Notes: a model not told the origin generated them from the sequence alone. 60,546 nucleotides of DNA from an uncultured Pseudomonadales bacterium (GCA_964467735.1 CAYXSR010000005.1:1-60546); one strand, 5' to 3'. Shown: positions 6,504 through 15,078, counted from the stretch's first letter. Made by a program: numbers and translations.

Positions 6504-8051
6504 ATGAAGTTAAAAAATTTTGTTTTTCTAGTTATTGGTTTTCTTTTTTTATTGTCGGCTTCTTTCTTTCCTGTTTATGCCCAAGGCCTCCAACAACAAA
6601 TTAAAGATACGCCTTTTAAAGAATTTCTTGATGCTTCAGCTAAAGGAGAAGAGGGCTATCTTAATAAACAATGGTATGATAAAGAAACTTTTATAAATAT
6701 TATTGCTGCTGGTGCGGCAGCTTCGGCTACTGTTCAACCAAACGAAGATGGAACAGTTACTGTAAGCGGTGCTGTTCCCCTTATGGGCAGAGCAATTAGT
6801 GAATTGACTGGCACTCCGGCAGTTAGCAGTGTTGAGTATTTTGCTGATATTGGCAGTCGATTAAATTTAGTTCCTCAGGCTTATGCTCAAGGAACTGGTT
6901 GGCGGGCACTGGCTCCAATTTTAAGCATTTGGAAGGCTTTTCGAAATTTGGCTTATATATTTTTTGTGGTTGTCTTTATTGTGATTGGTTTTATGATTAT
7001 GTTCCGGGCAAAAATTAACCCTCAAACCGTTATTTCTATTCAATCAGCCCTTCCCAAAATTATTGTCACTTTGCTTCTAATTACTTTTTCCTATGCAATT
7101 GCTGGTTTGTTTATTGATTTTATCTATATTCTTATTTATATTGTCGTTGGTCTTTTTGAATTTACCGATCTTGTTTCTAACTCCACGGAAGTTGTCAGAA
7201 GACTGCTAGAAGATAATCTCTTTCAAATTATGTACGCTGGAAAAGGCATCTTTATTACTGGGCCAGCGGAGGCAATTCAAGATGTGATTGCCGGACTCTT
7301 AGGAGAAGGAGTTTTTGGGGAATTTTTAGATTGGTTAGGAGTAGATAACTTTGGCGGCAGTATTTTAGCTCATCTTATTATCGCCGCAGCTTTGCTTTTT
7401 GTTGTTTTTAAACTATTTTTTACCCTCTTACTTACCTATGTTGGTATTATTGTTTCAGTTATTTTTTCGCCAATTATTCTTTTGTTTAATGCTTTACCAG
7501 GTAGTAATAGTTTTGGTAATTGGGTTAAAAGTCTTTTAGCTAATATTTTAGCTTTTCCAGCAGTGGCTTTAATGTTTTTACTGGCGGCCGTTATTATTGG
7601 TAACCGGACCAACATGAATCCTCCTTGTGATCCAGGCTGTTCTAAGGATAACCCTTGGTGTGTAGAATGTGATGTTGGCTACTTTAGCCAAAGGACGCTT
7701 GATCTTAGGGCTGGCCAAGAAACCGGCTCTGGAGAATCGGAGGTTTGGGTACCACCTTTTTTAAGTTTGTTTACTAGAACTGGCAGTACTGGCGGTACTG
7801 GTCCAATTATGTCAATTATTGCTTTGGGAATGATTTTCATGACCGCTCAAGTTCCTGCCATGATTAAAAAAGTCATGGGTGTTGAGGAAGGTGCTGGCGC
7901 GATGGGCTTCCAGGCAATTGCTGGTGGTATTGCTGCTCCATTCCAAACTTATGGCGCATATAAACAATATCGTGAGCAAAGACGAGCCAGGATGCTAACT
8001 GAGGCTCAACTTAACGCTTACAAAGAACGAGGCACTGGCCTAGGTGCATAA
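6504..8051 (+). CDS. TrbL/VirB6-like polytopic membrane protein
   Basis: Multi-TM core (WKAFRNLAY...PKIIVTLLLITFSYAIAG...IFSPIILLFNALPG...WVKSLLANILAFP) with a Gly/Ala-rich tail, following the pilin array. Confidence 0.72.
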   Translation: MKLKNFVFLVIGFLFLLSASFFPVYAQGLQQQIKDTPFKEFLDASAKGEEGYLNKQWYDKETFINIIAAGAAASATVQPNEDGTVTVSGAVPLMGRAISELTGTPAVSSVEYFADIGSRLNLVPQAYAQGTGWRALAPILSIWKAFRNLAYIFFVVVFIVIGFMIMFRAKINPQTVISIQSALPKIIVTLLLITFSYAIAGLFIDFIYILIYIVVGLFEFTDLVSNSTEVVRRLLEDNLFQIMYAGKGIFITGPAEAIQDVIAGLLGEGVFGEFLDWLGVDNFGGSILAHLIIAAALLFVVFKLFFTLLLTYVGIIVSVIFSPIILLFNALPGSNSFGNWVKSLLANILAFPAVALMFLLAAVIIGNRTNMNPPCDPGCSKDNPWCVECDVGYFSQRTLDLRAGQETGSGESEVWVPPFLSLFTRTGSTGGTGPIMSIIALGMIFMTAQVPAMIKKVMGVEEGAGAMGFQAIAGGIAAPFQTYGAYKQYREQRRARMLTEAQLNAYKERGTGLGA

Positions 8052-8064
8052 ATTATTTTCTCCT

Positions 8065-8167
8065 TGAATAAAAAAACAGAAAAGCTGGAAGTTAAAACTT
8101 CTTATTGTGGTGATCAACACAATAATCGCCTAAAGCGACAGCTTTCCCAAGATAGATCACTTATTCA
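8065..8167. ncRNA. Unassigned highly structured element: enclosing stem + perfect four-way junction + pseudoknot
   Basis: P1 8065-71/8161-67; P2 8081-87/8139-45; P3 8088-91/8098-101; P4 8102-09/8118-25; P5 8126-29/8135-38; PK 8110-15/8155-60. All 36 pairs are Watson-Crick. Strand is not determinable. Confidence 0.6.
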
Positions 8168-8209
8168 GTTTGTCTGCTTCTCAAAAGGACCGCTTCCTTC
8201 GGCTCAGTC

Positions 8210-8371
8210 CTACCCCCGTCCAAGCATTCCCTTGACCAGGGGGGCTACGAACGCTCCTACCACCGCCACCCCAAAAATGAAAAGGATGGACCCACAACAG
8301 CCAGCAAGCCCCCACTCTGTAGTTGCCATAATCACGATATACATGGCAACAAAGAGAAGCAAGGTTTCCAT
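8210..8371 (-). CDS. 53-aa hydrophobic membrane peptide (METLLLFVAM...GMLGRG)
   Basis: SD GAGGAGG just upstream of ATG 8371 within ORF-track frame 8210..8578; two hydrophobic helices. Confidence 0.6.
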   Translation of the reverse strand: METLLLFVAMYIVIMATTEWGLAGCCGSILFIFGVAVVGAFVAPLVKGMLGRG

Positions 8372-8388
8372 CACATCCTCCTCTAGGT

Positions 8389-8598
8389 TTATTTCCACCA
8401 TGAACCTTTTCCAATGGCGTAAATGACTAGTCCTATCACTAGTCCTACCAAAAGAAAAACTCCACCGATCAGATAGGACACCGCGCCGTACTCTGGTGGT
8501 GCAACAAAGAAAAAATAGACGATGCCGCCGCCCCAGCAGTACAGTAGGGCTGCAACAACTAAAACAACCAACAACCAAAATCCGATGCCACTTCCCAT
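8389..8598 (-). CDS. 69-aa two-TM membrane peptide
   Basis: SD AGGAG 7 nt upstream of the ATG; two hydrophobic helices and a basic C-terminus (GKGSWWK). Confidence 0.65.
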   Translation of the reverse strand: MGSGIGFWLLVVLVVAALLYCWGGGIVYFFFVAPPEYGAVSYLIGGVFLLVGLVIGLVIYAIGKGSWWK

Positions 8599-8623
8599 TT
8601 CCGTTCTCCTTTTTAAGGTGCTC

Positions 8624-8651
8624 GTCTACCCGCCATCAGAGGCGGGCAGGC
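8624..8651. repeat. GC-rich palindromic hairpin (GTCTACCCGCC-atcaga-GGCGGGCAGGC), REP-like
   Basis: 11-bp imperfect inverted repeat in an otherwise AT-rich leader. Confidence 0.5.
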
Positions 8652-8719
8652 AAAAACTGAACAATTCTTTTTCTTTCTATCCAAACGCCATTGTTTGGAA
8701 AAGAAATAAGATTGACGGG

Positions 8720-8748
8720 ATTATATAGTTAAAACCATTATAAATCAA
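8720..8748 (-). promoter_or_regulatory. Sigma70 promoter TTGATT-N17-TATAAT for the small-peptide operon
   Basis: -35 at 8743-8748 and -10 at 8720-8725 on the minus strand. Confidence 0.6.
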
Positions 8749-8833
8749 TACATATCCTATATGAATCTTACTTGCATGAAAAAATTTGGAAGTTTGTTTT
8801 ATAAAACTATAAATATTTAAATTCTATCAATGG

Positions 8834-11800
8834 CTATTGAACGGGCCATTTTTCACCAGTTGAATACTCATAAATTGTCTTGAAAAATCCTTTAACCGCA
8901 TCAGCAATCCCCCCGAAAAAACCAAAGAAACGATATTGAGCCATTTTCCAAGGACCTAAAACATACCAGCAATAAGCCTCAAAATTCCACGCATTGGTAA
9001 TTTTCGCCCTTATTCTGTCTCTTAAATCTTTTGGTTTCAGACTAAATTCTGGAGGAACATCAACAAAAAAATCTCTAGCCAATTTCCGAAGCAGAAAAAC
9101 CTGGCTGTCTATCGGAACAATATGACCAGCCATTACTGTTTTTACTGTTTCTATAGAAAGTTGGTCATTTCTATTAGCCCAAAAATCTTCTTGTTCTTCA
9201 ATTAAGCCTATACCTTCTAAAAGGCCATGACCAATTCTAAAAAATAAGTTTTTTTCCGGGGGAGACCCTGGAAGCACTGCTGGAAGTTGAAAGCTTTCAG
9301 AAATAAAATTCAGTCTTTTAAGTTTATTTACTGTCTCCTCTTCTACGCTTTCCATTGGTTCAAGTAATATTTCTCCCAACAAACCAGATGCTGCTTGAAC
9401 TCCTAAAAGTTCGTTGTGCCAGTCAACTGGGTGGGTGGCTTTTTTTTCAGCCGCCAACTTATCGCCCAAAAGCGAAATTGACTCTAAAGCTTCCAATTGA
9501 TCTTTGTGAGCTTCTCTATTTGTCAATGCTCCATCCACACCTCCTACTGCCTCATATTCAAAACTCATTGGTCTTAAATAATGATTTTCTGCATCCCAAT
9601 AATCTTTATGTTTAAGACTTTCGCCAAATTCAAAGGACATAAAGTCCCTTGCTTCAGTTAAAATTCTATCCCAACGTTCTCTAAGGCTTGATCCATAAGT
9701 AAAACCCTTCCGCCAATAGTTAAAATCAACGTTCATTATTCCTCTTATTTGAGCGTCCCATTCTCCTCGTCGGGAAAATTCCATCACTTTTCTTAAAATA
9801 CTGAATTTCCGCTCTAACTCTATTGCTTGTTCTCTTGAAACCTTTCTTTTGGCTTTAACAGAAGTAATTCGTTGATGATAATCAGGATCTCTTTCGATAT
9901 TCAGTAAAAACTCACCATGCTCTATATCTCCATTCTCATAGAAAGCACTGATTGCTTCTCTAAACTGCTCTGGTGCATTCCTTCCATACCACTCATATTG
10001 AAGAGGGTTATCGTTATATTCATCACTCCATTTTGCTTTGATTCTCCCATCCCTGTCTTTCTCTTGTTCTTCTGCTCGACTAAAACCGCTAAAACGAGCG
10101 TCTAAAACAGCAAATCTGCCGGTCCAACGTAGAAAATCATAAGACCACTCAATATCCCCGCTAGTTACCCATTCGCCATCTTTTAAGTTTGGTCTACCAA
10201 TTATTTCTTTTATTTTTTCTCTATCAAAATCATAGACGCCTCTTCTTTTATCAAAAAGTTTTTCTCCAAAAAGACGAACTAAAATTTGCCGGTCAGTATT
10301 TCTTAATTCAACATCTCGATTGCTATTAGCATTATTAATAATTGTTTCCAGCCATTTGTTAACTCTTCCCCTTGTATCCTCTTTAAATTTCTCTACCCTG
10401 TCTGGTCGCTCACCCAAAGCTAAATATTTTAAAACTTCATCTGGGTGTTCAGAAAGTTCTGCCCAAGCAAGTTTGCACCACCATTGCTGACCAAACCAAG
10501 CCATTTCTTTACTCGTGAAATAAGGCAAGGCTTTTAGTCTATCTTCAACATGCTGTTGAATACCTCCTACTTTAAAAGCAGAAATAAAGTTTAATTTAGC
10601 TCTAAACATTTTGGTTAATCGATCAAAAAGTTCTTGATTCTTGCCAGTCTCGAACATTCCTGTTTGATTGCGATACATACTAGCCACTTCTGTATAGGCT
10701 AAAGTTAAAATCTGAAAATAGGTTGAACTTTCTGGGCTTGGCTGTCGGGCTTCGTCTAACATTTGCTCAAACCACTCTTCTACTGTCTCTGGATTTCTAA
10801 GTGTTTTTATATCTATTTCACTTAACATTAAATTCAAACGACTACTCTCATATCTTCTGCCATACATTTCCTTTATAGCGTCGCGGGCAAAATCATCTCG
10901 TCCTGTCTCGAAAGATTTTCTAAAAGCTGCCATCTGTTCAGGAGTAACCCCTCTTCTTAAATTTGCCTGAACTAAGGCATCGTAAGCTTTGTCAATCGGG
11001 AGAACATCACCATAGAGACCAATCTGAAGTAAAGATTTTTCTTCCTGCACTCGATTAACTAAACGAATCATTTCATCATATGCTGCTTGTTGTTCTGATC
11101 GAGGTTTAAACTGACTCATTGCCTCCTGGAGTCTCTGGCTGGCTTGTTCTAATTGCCCGGCTAAAAATGGATTAACTAATTGATCTCTGAATGACTGCAC
11201 TCCTGGCCTAAGTCGGTCATCTAAAGCGACCCTTAATTCTTCATCCCTTCTCGTAAGGTCGGCTTTTTTCTCAATTGACAAAAGCCTAAGTTTTTCCATG
11301 GCTGGTAGAAAAACCTTGTTTAATTGCTCTCTAGCGGCAGGACTAATTTTTCTTCCTCTTAAAACCACTTGTACTCTTTTATAAAGATCTTCGGCATAAT
11401 CTGATGATATAAGTTCATAACCAAGCTCATCTAAATGAATTACTTCTGCGGCAATATCTCCTAAAGGATCATCTTTCTCAAGAAGTTCAAGTGGACTACC
11501 TAGTCCCTTTGCTGCTCTCCATGCTTTTTCCCAATTTTTTCCTTTTCTAGTTATTAAAACCTCCTCACCTATTTTGTCTTTTTCCTCCTTAGTAAGCCAC
11601 CATTGTCTGGCTTTTTCTAATCGTTTTTGCTCTTCTCTCTTATTTCCTTCTAACGCTTGTTTAGCAAGTCTTCTTAAAATTCTCTCTGCTGATTTGTCTT
11701 TACCTTCTCTTAACAACTGGGCCACTTTTTCTGGGGTCTCTCCTAATTTTTTCATTTCTTTTTCCAATTGTCGGGGAGTTAATTCAGTTGTTCGCAAAGC

Positions 11801-12586
11801 TAATGCAGCCTGAGGAATTAAGGCTTCTGCCTTGGCTTTGGCCTCTTTTACTCTCTCTGACAAGGAAGCTTTTTCTCTTGCCTCACCAATTCTTTCTCTT
11901 AATCTATCTGGTTTTTCGCTAGCTTTTTCTTCTAATTTTTCTAGACCTACTTCTTCTCCAAAAAGTTCATAACTTGCCCTTTCAACTAATTCTACTGCCT
12001 CTTTAGGAGGAGCCTCTGTAGCTCTTTCAGTTTTCAATTTCTCTTGCTGTCCACTAATCTCTTTTGTTAATTCTTTTCTTTCTTCTTTAGATAAGGTTAT
12101 TTCTGTAGATCTTGAATATTGAAGTTGGTTTCTCAAAACTGTTAATCGTTCTTGAACTTGAGCATTGTTAGTCGCGTTTTGTGACTCCCAAGCTTTTTCT
12201 CTTTGTTCTCTTGTAAGAAATCTTTCTAGTTCAGCAACCCTATTTCTCTCTCCAAAAATCAATCCGGCGATTTTCTTAATTAAACTCACTGCATCTTTAG
12301 GAGGCCTATCAGTTTCTTGCTTTTTGGCTAATTCTTTTTCTTTTTCTTCTAATTTTTGATAGGCTTCTGCCTTTTCTTCTGGAGATAACGAAGTTGAGAC
12401 ATCTATTTGTGATTTTAAAAAATTCAATCTTTCCTGAGCTTTGGTAATTGTATTAACATGAGCTCTTCGCCACTCTTTCTCTTCTCTTTTTCTGGTTTCC
12501 CTTTCTGTTTCACCACTAGTACCACCACGTTCAACACCACCGCCTGTTGGAGTAATTGGAGTTGGACCAGGATCTGTCATTAACAT
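8834..12586 (-). CDS. 1250-aa uncharacterised charged helical protein with N-terminal internal repeat
   Basis: Long uninterrupted ORF, rich in E/K/R, SD AAGGA. No enzyme motif recognised. Confidence 0.85.
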   Translation of the reverse strand: MLMTDPGPTPITPTGGGVERGGTSGETERETRKREEKEWRRAHVNTITKAQERLNFLKSQIDVSTSLSPEEKAEAYQKLEEKEKELAKKQETDRPPKDAVSLIKKIAGLIFGERNRVAELERFLTREQREKAWESQNATNNAQVQERLTVLRNQLQYSRSTEITLSKEERKELTKEISGQQEKLKTERATEAPPKEAVELVERASYELFGEEVGLEKLEEKASEKPDRLRERIGEAREKASLSERVKEAKAKAEALIPQAALALRTTELTPRQLEKEMKKLGETPEKVAQLLREGKDKSAERILRRLAKQALEGNKREEQKRLEKARQWWLTKEEKDKIGEEVLITRKGKNWEKAWRAAKGLGSPLELLEKDDPLGDIAAEVIHLDELGYELISSDYAEDLYKRVQVVLRGRKISPAAREQLNKVFLPAMEKLRLLSIEKKADLTRRDEELRVALDDRLRPGVQSFRDQLVNPFLAGQLEQASQRLQEAMSQFKPRSEQQAAYDEMIRLVNRVQEEKSLLQIGLYGDVLPIDKAYDALVQANLRRGVTPEQMAAFRKSFETGRDDFARDAIKEMYGRRYESSRLNLMLSEIDIKTLRNPETVEEWFEQMLDEARQPSPESSTYFQILTLAYTEVASMYRNQTGMFETGKNQELFDRLTKMFRAKLNFISAFKVGGIQQHVEDRLKALPYFTSKEMAWFGQQWWCKLAWAELSEHPDEVLKYLALGERPDRVEKFKEDTRGRVNKWLETIINNANSNRDVELRNTDRQILVRLFGEKLFDKRRGVYDFDREKIKEIIGRPNLKDGEWVTSGDIEWSYDFLRWTGRFAVLDARFSGFSRAEEQEKDRDGRIKAKWSDEYNDNPLQYEWYGRNAPEQFREAISAFYENGDIEHGEFLLNIERDPDYHQRITSVKAKRKVSREQAIELERKFSILRKVMEFSRRGEWDAQIRGIMNVDFNYWRKGFTYGSSLRERWDRILTEARDFMSFEFGESLKHKDYWDAENHYLRPMSFEYEAVGGVDGALTNREAHKDQLEALESISLLGDKLAAEKKATHPVDWHNELLGVQAASGLLGEILLEPMESVEEETVNKLKRLNFISESFQLPAVLPGSPPEKNLFFRIGHGLLEGIGLIEEQEDFWANRNDQLSIETVKTVMAGHIVPIDSQVFLLRKLARDFFVDVPPEFSLKPKDLRDRIRAKITNAWNFEAYCWYVLGPWKMAQYRFFGFFGGIADAVKGFFKTIYEYSTGEKWPVQ

Positions 12587-12605
12587 TTTCCTTTCTTAAG
12601 AAGAT

Positions 12606-12635
12606 ATTATATCAAAGAAGTCAGTCAACATCCAA
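12606..12635 (-). promoter_or_regulatory. Promoter TTGGAT-N18-TATAAT with extended -10 (TGaTATAAT) for the 1250-aa gene
   Basis: -10 at 12606-12611, TG at 12613-12614, -35 at 12630-12635. Confidence 0.5.
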
Positions 12636-12637
12636 GC

Positions 12638-13813
12638 TTATCTTCTTCCTTCTTCCGGAAGAACTTGTTGAAGAAAAACAGCTGAAAAAAGTTTACACCA
12701 GCTGGTAAATTTATCAGTTGCTTTTACTGGAAAATTAATTACTTCTCCTGTTTTCTTAATTACTCTCTGGGTGGTTCCTATTTTCTCAACCTTGCCTAAA
12801 AATTGCTCGGCCGCGGCAATTAGGTTTTCTTCTGACGTTTCTCGGGAATTCCTTTTTAATTCTCCGCCAACCCATTTTTGAAAGAATGAACTTAAAATAA
12901 CTTTTTTCACATCCCAAATGTTGGCCGGTGTTAAATCAAGTTTATCAGTTAAAATCTCTATTGCCTTGCCTGTTAATTCATTTATCTGAAGATCTTGAAG
13001 TTCAACAGTTAAGCGTCGTCTTTCTACCTCATTCAATCCACTTAAATTAGCGTGTTTCATTAACCAATCAACTAATTTTGCTTTTGTTTCTTCTAATTTT
13101 GTCTTTCCTGCCTCAGTGGCTGTTTGCTGACCTTGCTCATCAATAACTGTCTCTATCTGTTCATCTAATAATTCACCAGCTTCCCTTCCTTCCCATTCGC
13201 TTACTAAACTTTCATATCCTTTAGTTTTTCTAAATTTTTCCTGAATTTCTATTGGTATTCTTTCCCAACTAACACCCCCCTCTGCCTCACTTTTTCCCAA
13301 AAGATTAGCTGCTATTCCGGCTAACTGTTGATCAGAAATTTCTGTTCCCGGTTGAAAATTCTCTATAAAAGCTTTCCAAACGGCTGTCGATTCTGGCCCA
13401 GCAGAATCCTGAGCCTCCGATAAGAAATGGTCAGTTGCTTGTTGCTCTAGAGCCTCCAACCAGGTAACTCTATTATCTGCTCTTGTTGCCGGATTTCCTT
13501 CTGTCGCCTGCTCTCCTAGCTGAGGATATTTATCTAATAATTCTTGCCTTAGTCCTTCGTCTCTCATTACCTCCCGGAAATCTCCACCTTCTACCAATTG
13601 ACCTAATGAACTTCTAAATGTTAAAAAAGCTTGATAAAAAACATCAAATTTTCCCGGATCAACTTCTGCTGCCTTTCTATTGGAAAAATGGTCTGGAGTT
13701 TCTGTTTCTGTCCCAACTAAACCAACAAAAGAGGTCTCGACATCAACTAACAATTTTTCTGGTGTTTTTAAAGAAGTTTTTTCAACTTGAACTGGAACTT
13801 CGGCGGTTTCCAT
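12638..13813 (-). CDS. 391-aa uncharacterised acidic helical protein
   Basis: Long ORF coupled to the upstream gene (TAATAATG). No known motif. Confidence 0.8.
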   Translation of the reverse strand: METAEVPVQVEKTSLKTPEKLLVDVETSFVGLVGTETETPDHFSNRKAAEVDPGKFDVFYQAFLTFRSSLGQLVEGGDFREVMRDEGLRQELLDKYPQLGEQATEGNPATRADNRVTWLEALEQQATDHFLSEAQDSAGPESTAVWKAFIENFQPGTEISDQQLAGIAANLLGKSEAEGGVSWERIPIEIQEKFRKTKGYESLVSEWEGREAGELLDEQIETVIDEQGQQTATEAGKTKLEETKAKLVDWLMKHANLSGLNEVERRRLTVELQDLQINELTGKAIEILTDKLDLTPANIWDVKKVILSSFFQKWVGGELKRNSRETSEENLIAAAEQFLGKVEKIGTTQRVIKKTGEVINFPVKATDKFTSWCKLFSAVFLQQVLPEEGRR

Positions 13814-13815
13814 TA

Positions 13816-14040
13816 TTACTCTGTCATTTGTTGAGCTGTTTGCTTCATGTCATCAGCTGCTTTATCCAAAATATTGGCCGATCTGTCTAAATTATCTGCT
13901 CTTAGTTTTAAAAAGCTCAATATCTGTCCTTGAATTTCTGGGTTGTCTCCCTCTGCTTCAATTGTTTTTAAAAGAGTTTCCTTTGTTTTTTCATCTAAAG
14001 GAAGATTTTTAACTTCCTCTAATAATTGATTTTTGTCCAT
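13816..14040 (-). CDS. 74-aa helical hypothetical protein
   Basis: SD GAGAGG; tightly packed in the operon. Confidence 0.7.
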   Translation of the reverse strand: MDKNQLLEEVKNLPLDEKTKETLLKTIEAEGDNPEIQGQILSFLKLRADNLDRSANILDKAADDMKQTAQQMTE

Positions 14041-14065
14041 ATTTTCCTCTCTTTTTAATTTGATT

Positions 14066-14977
14066 TTATGGTTGAGTTTCTGTTTCTGATATCACCCCTA
14101 AAGCAATTCCAAAACCTCTTAATTCATACTGAAGTTGTTCTTTTAATTGTCTATATTCTTCTGTCTGTCTGAACTCTCTTAAATCAGAATATCTAGATTT
14201 GTCTCTATTCCGAGAGAGTAATCCGAGCTTGGCAGCATTCTGTCTTTTTCTTTCTAAATATTTTGCTTCTGCTTGTTGTTGTCTTTCCGCTTTTCTTAAG
14301 GCTTTTGCTTCTCTTCGTTCTTTTTTACTTAAAATCGCCAGTGGTCGGCGTTCTTTTTTTCCAGCGGCGGCTTCCAGTCCCTCAGGAATTTCAACAAGCT
14401 TTGCACCGCCTTCTACCGCCTGGTTAACAGTTTGTCTAATTGTCTGTGCCGCTTCTCTCCTTGTTAAAGCTTCTTGTCTTAAAAATTTTGCCTGTCTTTC
14501 TGTTTGTCGCCTGACAAAGTCAAAAAATTCTTTCCAAAACGGTTTTTCTGCGGCTCGAGCTTTTTTTTCTAAACCCTTTTCTTTAACATCAAGTTTTTCT
14601 GCTCTTGTCTCTTGGATCTGAGCTCTCATTTCTTTACCGATTGCTCCAATAACCTGCGGTCGTGTTTCTATCCAAGCACCAGAATATTCCATCGCTGTTT
14701 TCAACCATCTAGTTCCACTACCAATAAGTTCTGGTGTACCAGCTACTACACAAGCAGCTGTCTTTAATGCTTCTATTGCTTTTACTACTCTTCCTGCTCC
14801 TACTTGGCCAGCTTCTTCAACTGCTCTGCTAACCTCTGGTTTTCCTGGTTTCTTTACTGGACCTTGTTCTACTGTCGCTTCCTGGGTTACCACTGGCTCT
14901 TGTTGGGTCTCGGGGCGAGCCAAACCTGGCGCTAGTGGTTCATTCACTTGAGGAGTAGCTGTTTGTGTCTCGGTCAT
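14066..14977 (-). CDS. 303-aa coiled-coil hypothetical protein with T/E/P-rich N-terminus
   Basis: SD GGGAGG; first gene of the reverse-strand cassette. Confidence 0.8.
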   Translation of the reverse strand: MTETQTATPQVNEPLAPGLARPETQQEPVVTQEATVEQGPVKKPGKPEVSRAVEEAGQVGAGRVVKAIEALKTAACVVAGTPELIGSGTRWLKTAMEYSGAWIETRPQVIGAIGKEMRAQIQETRAEKLDVKEKGLEKKARAAEKPFWKEFFDFVRRQTERQAKFLRQEALTRREAAQTIRQTVNQAVEGGAKLVEIPEGLEAAAGKKERRPLAILSKKERREAKALRKAERQQQAEAKYLERKRQNAAKLGLLSRNRDKSRYSDLREFRQTEEYRQLKEQLQYELRGFGIALGVISETETQP

Positions 14978-15078
14978 TTTTCCTCCCTTTCTAAAAAACT
15001 AAATAGAGTCTTTCTTTCATTGTGAATATTACTTATCTTTTTTTCAATAGCTAATTTTTTTATGCTAAGCTTAAACTA

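Noticed and set aside
8081-8149. tRNA gene call for the cloverleaf with 7-bp stem and CCA
   Set aside because: No T-loop GTTCRA, no D-loop GG, no U8/A14 linkers, and an 8-bp/8-nt middle arm. Reported as an unassigned structured element instead.
8426-8447. Direct repeat ACTAGTCCTA x2, resembling TAGGACT repeats at 6458-6476
   Set aside because: It is explained by the peptide repeat GLVIGLVI, and the 6458 copy overlaps a stop codon and promoter. Probably coincidental.
8064-8728. ORF-track entries 8064..8426(+), 8181..8414(-), 8522..8728(+) and the long form 8210..8578(-)
   Set aside because: They overlap the SD-supported peptides or the structured element and lack RBS or plausible composition. 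Only 8389-8598 and 8210-8371 are kept.
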